NCBI RefSeq assembly: GCF_009914755.1
Contig: NC_060925.1
Length of the DNA stretch: 64,000 bases
Reading direction: 5' to 3' (one strand)
DNA from: the human T2T-CHM13v2.0 reference genome, Homo sapiens
Shown here: positions 57,350 through 64,000 of the stretch, one piece after another
Layout: each line of letters begins with the position of its first letter
Position numbering within the stretch: the first letter of the stretch is position 1
Notes under the pieces: generated by a model
Databases searched by the model: none
What the model saw: only the letters and a program-made list of their open reading frames with translations
What the model was told of the DNA's origin: nothing
Made by a program: the position numbers and the translations under genes

Positions 57350-58977
57350 TTATTATTTGCAAATATGAAATATGTCATAATAATAGCATAAAATGATGGG
57401 TTAATAGAAATATACTGCAATAAGTTTATATTTTAATTAAAAAGAGAAAATATTTATAAGAATACTATAAAAGATGAGTGGATATTTTAATCCTTAGAAG
57501 AACTATAAAAGATTATAAAAAGATTTACTGGAAAATTAGTAGAGCACTTACAATGAAATGATAAAAATATTTAATTCATTCATAATTCTGCTTATCAAAA
57601 GTCATTGTTATTAAAGCGAAAATGCAATTCAAAAGCTGAGAAAAATATTTATAATACATAATGACAATTTTTATTTTCATTTTTACCACTTGTATCTAAA
57701 ATATATAAAGCGCTCAAACAAATAAATTATAAAGAGACTGACACTTTCTTAAAAATTCAGTCTATAATTACCTCATGAACTAGCAATTCCACTCCTAAGT
57801 ACCTAGGCAAGAGAAATGAAAGCATATGGCTACAAAATGTCTGGCACAATAATGTTTATAATACCTTTATTCATAATAGTCAGACATTTAAAAATAACTC
57901 AAATTTCATCATAAGATAATTAATAAATGTGGCACATTCAGTCAATGGAGTATTATTCCAAAAAATAGTGCTAGTGCTACAACAATATGAATAAATTGAA
58001 AAGATATGATGAGCAAAAAAAGACAGTCACAGAAGAGTTTATACTATTTGACTCCATTTATTTGAAGTTCAAGAAAAGGCAAAAGAAATCTTAGTGATAG
58101 AATTTGAGAAGTGGTTGCCTACTGGGAATGTGGATTGACTGTAATGGGACTGATATAAGGTGATGTAAAAATTATCCCTTTTGATAATGATTTTGGCTAC
58201 AAAGGGCTGTATATTTAGTTAGACTTATCAACTAATGAAAATCAAATTTATGATTTTACTATTTGCAAGTATTGCCTAGATCAAAAAATTAAATAAATTA
58301 TGCAATTTTGTTTGACTCCTTGAGGTTCTATATAAAGCATTTTTTTCTTGCTAATATTCCTGTTGGGTCAAATAATTTTTAAAGTTACTTTTTATCAACC
58401 TAGAAGTAAATAGTCTCATAAATATTTATTTCATTATTATTGCTTTTATTATTTGTAAAATGTCAATAATGAATGTGATAGTTTACAAATAAAGTTTACA
58501 CATCTAAGACTTTACAATTCAAATATAAGAGATACTGACACTAAGAAATGCCATGTTGCTAATGTGAGCAAACATAAGATTAGTATACATCTGTTTTATT
58601 GCTTCTGTGTCTTTTGTATTTCTCCCTATATTTTTTTGTATTATATTTGGAAAAGACATTACAGGAACTCCTATTTAAAGAGCTTTATAAAAAAGTTCAC
58701 AGATGACTTAAGATATCACATGCTCCTGAAACCTGGGGGCTTTCTTCGTGGGTAGCTATTCAAAGTCTATTTCAGTACATAAATGAAATATGGATTCAAG
58801 TTGAGGAAGTCTTTGTATTAAATACACTAAAAGATAGATAGGAAATGCATTGTAACATTTGGTCTTGTATTTCTTCAGAAAGTCTATGTGTGTTTATCTG
58901 TATATTTATCTACGTTTTAATGTATACATGTATATATATTTAGATATATGTGTGTCTCACACACATATACATATATA

Positions 58978-59050
58978 CAGTCTGACACTGTATTCATGGG
59001 TTCCACATCTGTAGATTCAACCAACTTTGTATTGAAAATATTTGGAAAAA
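58978..59050. mobile_element. MER2 (TcMar-Tigger) terminal fragment
   Basis: TA|cagtc...tattcatgggttccacatctgtagattcaaccaac...gaaaatatttggaaaaa. Confidence 0.75.
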
Positions 59051-60635
59051 GGGCAGAGCAAGATGGTGGAATAGAAGCATACATTGTTTCTCTCCCCTAC
59101 TGGAACACCAAATCTTAATTATCTGCACACAGAAAAGCACCATCACAAGAACCAAAAATCAGGTAAACAATCACAGTACCTATTTTTAACTGCATTTCTC
59201 TGAATGAGGAATTGAGGAGAGCAGGAGAGACAGTCTGGATGGTGATGCCACCCCTCCCCCATCCCCCCGCAGTGACACGGAGAGACAATCTGGGCATTTC
59301 GGGGAGGGAGGGTGCAGTGACTGAAGGACTTTATATTGAACTCAGTCCTGCCCTGTCACAGCTGAAAATAAAGCCATACTGATCTCGGCTGTCACTCGAG
59401 TATGGAGGGAGCATTTGTGTGTGCTCTAACTAGAGAGGACTTGCCCTTCCCAGTGGTCACCGTGGGTTGAAATGCAGTTTGGTCCTAGGTAAACATGAAA
59501 AACAGTCTAGAACACAAGGACTGCAATTCCTCGCCAACTCCTACTGCTAGGGTGGACCTAGAGCCAGTAGATTACAGTGGTACATGACTTAAGGAAATAG
59601 CAGCTGACCTGCTAAGGTAGTTTGTACCATCTCTCCCCCAACCCCAAGCAGTGCAGCTTGCAGAAACAAAAGTGACTCTTTCCTTCTGCTTCAGGAGAGA
59701 AGAGTGAAGATTAAAGATGACTTTGTCTTGCATCTTGGATACCAGCTCAGCTACAGCAGGATAGGGCAACAGGCAGAGTCATGAGGCCTCCATTCCAGGC
59801 CCTAGCTTCTCAACAACATTTCTAGGCACACTCTGGGCCAAAAGGGAACCAGCTGCCTTGAAGGGAAGGAAACAGACCTGGCATAATTCATCACTTTCTG
59901 ACTAAAGAGCCCTTGGGCCCTGAATAGCCAGCAGCAATAACTAAGTATTATGCCATGAGTCTAGGGTTCCGAGATGTGTGGCTTCAGGAGTGACCTAGCA
60001 CATTTCCATCTGTGGTGGCAATGATGAAAGATTCCCTTGGTTTAAGGGAAAAGTAAAAGGGACTTTATCTTGCACCTTAGGTACCAGCTTGGCCACAATG
60101 AGGTATAGCAGCAAACAGGATCTTGGTGGTCCCTGAGTCCAGGCCTAGGCTCTTGGAGAGCACTTCTGGATCTGTCCTACACCCAAAGGGGAGCAGCCTC
60201 CCCTGAACTGAGTCCCAGGCCTGGCAGCGTTCACCACAAGCTGAAAAAAGAACCTTTGGGCTTTAAGTGAACATCAGTGGTGACCTGGCAGAACCCTCCA
60301 AGGACTGGTGGTGGTGGAGGCCACTGGAAGAGGATCCTCTGCTTGTGGAAAAGAGAGAAAAAAGCAGGAAAAATTTTGTATTGTCATTTGAGTGCCAGCT
60401 TAGCCGCAGTGGAACAGGACATCAGGTAAACTGCTAAGGTTTTTGACGCCAATCGCTGGATCCCAGAAAACATCTCTGGACATGCCTGGGGCCTGGGGAA
60501 ACTCACCACCCTGGAGGGAAAGGTCTTGGGCAGGACCCATCACCATGCCAGCTTCCGTTCTGACCCAGTTGCAGTCCCAGTGGTGATGGCCACAGTGGTG
60601 CTTGCATCAACACACCCCCAGTTCCAGGTGGCTCA

Positions 60636-60695
60636 GTGCGCACGCGTGTGCGCGCACACACACACACACACACATACACACACACACACACACAC
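60636..60695. repeat. Alternating purine-pyrimidine / (CA)n tract
   Basis: gtgcgcacgcgtgtgcgcgc followed by a CA run. Confidence 0.9.
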
Positions 60696-60939
60696 TTCAT
60701 TTGTTTAGTAGAAAGTAATGGAAAAAACAAGAGCGCCTGCCTGGTAATCCAAAGAATTCTTCTGAACGTCATACAAAACCACCAAGTAATACCTCCAGAG
60801 CTTGCAAAAACCACAGTGTTATTGGACTTTAGGCCCAAGTCCCTTTGAATACCTGGAAAGTTATTCTAAGAAATACAGGCATAAACAAGCCAAGACTGTG
60901 AAGACTACAACAAACATCTAACTCTTCAATACCTAGACA

Positions 60940-61869
60940 CAAACAAATATCTACAAGCATCAACACCATCCATGAAAACATGACCTTACCAAATGACCTA
61001 AATAAGGCACCTGCAACCAGTCCTGGAGAAACAGAGATAGGTGAACATTCAGACACAGAATTTTAAATAGCTGTTTTGAGGAAACTAAAAAAAAATTAAG
61101 ATACACAGAAAAGGCATTAAGAATTCTGTCAGAAAAATTTATCAAAGAGATTAAAATAATGTTAAAAAAATCAAGCAGAAATCCTAGAGCTTAAAAATGC
61201 AATTGACATGCTGAAAAATGTATGAGAGTCTCTTAATAGCAGAATTGACCAAGCAGAAGAAAGAATTAGTGAGCTTGAAGACAGGCTATCTGAAAGTACA
61301 ATTAGAAGAGACAAAAGCAAAATGAATTTTAAAAAAAGCATACCTACAGGATCTAGAAAATAGCCCTTTCAAAAGGGCAAATCTAAGAGTTGTTGACCTT
61401 AAAGAGAAGGTAGAGAAAGAGATGGGAGAAAAAGGCTTATTCAAAGGGATAATATCAGAGAACTCTCAAAGCCTAGAGGAAGATATCATCGTTGAAGTAC
61501 AAGAAGTTTATAGAACACAAAGCAGATATAAACCAAATAAGACTATTTTAAGGCATTTAATAATCAAACTCTCAATGGTCAATGAAGAAATCCTAAGAGC
61601 AGCAAGAAGAAAGAAACAAACAGCATGCAATGGAGCTCCAATACATTTGGAAGCAGCCTTTTCAGTTAAAATCTAAAAGGCCAGAATATAGTGGCATGAC
61701 ATATTTAAAGAAATTAAGGGAAAAAACCTTTTACCCTAGAGTAGTAAATCACTTGAAAATATCATTTAAATGTGAAGGAGAAATAAAGACTTTACCAGAC
61801 AAACAAAAGCTGAAGGATTTCATCAACACGAGACCTGTCCTATACAAAATGCTAAAGGGAGTTCTTTAA
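60940..61869 (+). pseudogene. Degenerate L1 ORF1
   Basis: Frameshifted peptides: KGLFKGIISEN...RHLIIKL; FYPRVV...SFKCEGEIKTLPDKQKLKDFINTRPVLYKMLKGVL*. Confidence 0.85.
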
Positions 61870-62392
61870 TCTGAAAGAAAATAATGTTAATGAGCAAAAA
61901 TAAATCATCTAAAAGTAAAAAGCTCACTGGTAATAGTCAGCACACAAAAAAACAGAATAGTATAACATTGTGATTATGGTTCATAAACTCCTCTTGTCTT
62001 AAGTAGAAAGACTAAATGATGAACCAATCAAAAATAATAACTATGAAAACTTTTCAAGATTTAGACTGTACAATAACACATAAAGAGAAGCAAAAAATTT
62101 ATAAAGGTCGGGGGATGAAATTAAAGTGGAGTTTTATTAGTTTGCCTTTTGCATGTCTATTTCTGCAATCAGTGTTAAGTTATCCTCAGTGTGAAACAAT
62201 GAGTTATATAACAGTATTTATAAACCTTATGGTAACTTCACATTGGAAGAACATACAACTGACACGAAAAAGCATACAACCGATACAAATTAAAGCTTAC
62301 CACCAGAGAAAAACACCTTCTCTAAAAGGAAGACAAGAAGAAATAAAAGAAGGAAGAGGAGACTATAAAACAACCAGAAAACAAATAACAAA

Positions 62393-64000
62393 ATGTCAGG
62401 AGTAAATCCCTACTTATCCAATTACGTTGGATTTAAATGGACTCAAGTATTCAGTCAAAAGACACACAGTGACTGAATGGATGAAAAGAAACAAGACCGA
62501 ATAATCTGTTGCCTACAAGAAACATGCTTCACTTATGAAGATACTGTATTAGTCTGTTCTTGCATTGCTATGAAGAACTATCTGAGACTGAAAGAAAGGA
62601 AGTTTAACTTACTTACAGTTCTATTGGCTGTAAGGAAGGGCTGGGGAGGCTTTAGAAACTTACAATCATGACAGAAGGTGAAGGGGAAGCAGGCACAAAT
62701 TATAAGGCCAGAGAAGGAGGAGAAGAGGAAGGTGAAAGAGAAAGTGCAGTACACTTTTACACAACAAAATCTGGTAAGAACTCACTGTCATGAGAACAGC
62801 AAATGGAAAATCCTTCCCCATGATCCACCACTTCCCACTAGGCCCCTCCCCCAGCGTTGAGGAATACAATTCCACATGAGCTTTGGACAGGGGCACAAAT
62901 CCAAACCATATCAGAGACATATAAACTGAAAATTAAAAGATACTCTATGCCAGTGAAAAGCAAAAAAGAGAAAAAGTTTAGCTATATTTAGATCAGATAA
63001 AATTAATTTTAAGACAAAAAGTGTAAGAAGAGACAAAGAAGCTTATTATATAATGAAAAGGGGGTCAATTCAGCAAGAGGATATATTGATTGTAAACGAA
63101 TATGCACCCAACACTGGAGCACCCAGATATAGAAAGCAAATATTATCAGAGCTGTTAAAGAGAGAGATAGCCTTCAATACAATAATAGCTGGAAACTTCA
63201 ACACCCCTCTTTCAGCCTTAGACAGATCTTCCAGACCGGAAAAAAAAAAAAAAAAAAAGAACAAGGAAGCATTAGACTTAATCTGTACTCTAGAACAAAT
63301 GAACCTAATAGTTATTTACAGAACATTTCACCCAAAGGCTACAGAATACACATTATTTTCCTCAGTACACAGATCATTATTAAGGATAGACTGTATGTTA
63401 GGTCACAAAACAAATCTTATGAAATAATATCAATTGTCTTCTCTCACCATAATGGAATACAACTAAAAATTAATAAGAAGAGGCATTTTGGAAACTAAAC
63501 AAATGTGTAGAACTTAAACAATATGCTCCTTGAATGACCAGTGTGTCAATAAAGAAATTAAGAAAACTGAAAAATTTTTTGAACAAATGATAATGGAAAC
63601 ATATCACATGAAAACCTATGGAACATAGTGAAAGCAGTATTAACAGGAAAATTTATAGATGTAAGTGCTTATATAAAAATTCACATAAGTAACCTAATGA
63701 TGTATCTGAAACTACTAGAAAAGCAAAAGCAAACCCAACCCAAAATTATGATAAGAAAAGAAATAATACAGATTAGAGCAGAAATAAATGAAATTAAAAA
63801 GAAGAAAACAATAAAAACAATTAATATAACAAAAAAGTTGTTTTTTTTTTGAAAAGAAAAACAAAAGTGATAAACCTTTTGCCAGACTAAGAAAAAAAGG
63901 GACCCAAATAAATAAAATCAGAAATGAAAAAGCAGACGTTTCAACTGGTAGGGTGAAAATTCAAAGGATATATGACTACTATGAAAAAGTATAAACCAAT
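62393..64000 (+). pseudogene. Degenerate L1 ORF2 (APE endonuclease domain onward), interrupted by MSTA
   Basis: ICCLQET; GSIQQEDILIVNEYAPNTGAP; IIAGNFNTPLSALDRSSR; RIDCMLGHK; stops and frameshifts. Confidence 0.88.
62545..62913 (-). mobile_element. MSTA-like MaLR solo LTR
   Basis: tgtattagtctgttcttgcattgcta...acaaatccaaaccatatca; 5-bp near-TSD gatac/gagac. Confidence 0.88.

Larger units (their letters stand above)
59051..64000 (+). mobile_element. L1 (L1M1/L1MA-type) from its 5' end, continuing beyond the window
   Basis: Starts gggcagagcaagatgg; ~1.9-kb 5' UTR, ORF1 remnant, ~520-bp inter-ORF region, ORF2 endonuclease remnant. Confidence 0.9.

Noticed and set aside
63053-63852. Endonuclease-like ORFs as an active enzyme gene
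   Set aside because: Broken L1 ORF2 with frameshifts, stops, an MSTA insertion and altered catalytic motifs (GNFN instead of GDFN)

Overview
AT-rich primate (probably human) genomic DNA that looks intergenic or deep-intronic. I found no supportable protein-coding gene, RNA gene, CRISPR array or prokaryotic feature. The ORFs in the track are spurious or come from repeats (Alu, L1 ORF1/ORF2, ERVL pol). Most of the window is interspersed repeats: about 17 Alus or Alu fragments, several L1s (including one that starts at its 5' end at about 59.05 kb and runs off the window), old L2/MIR pieces, DNA transposons (MER20, MER5, MER2), many solo LTRs (LTR13, LTR9, MER50, MER31/67-like, MLT1, MST) and two ERVL pol remnants. 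Three things deserve a second look. First, a repeat-poor island (~32-38 kb) holds a promoter-like motif cluster and a strong splice donor, with candidate small exons nearby, which suggests a 5'-UTR or lncRNA transcription unit. Second, a 71-bp copy of a neighbouring Alu sits at the internal junction of an inverted L1. Third, there are several small local duplications. I do not see evidence for a new biological system. Repeat subfamily names come from recalled consensus features and need RepeatMasker/Dfam confirmation.
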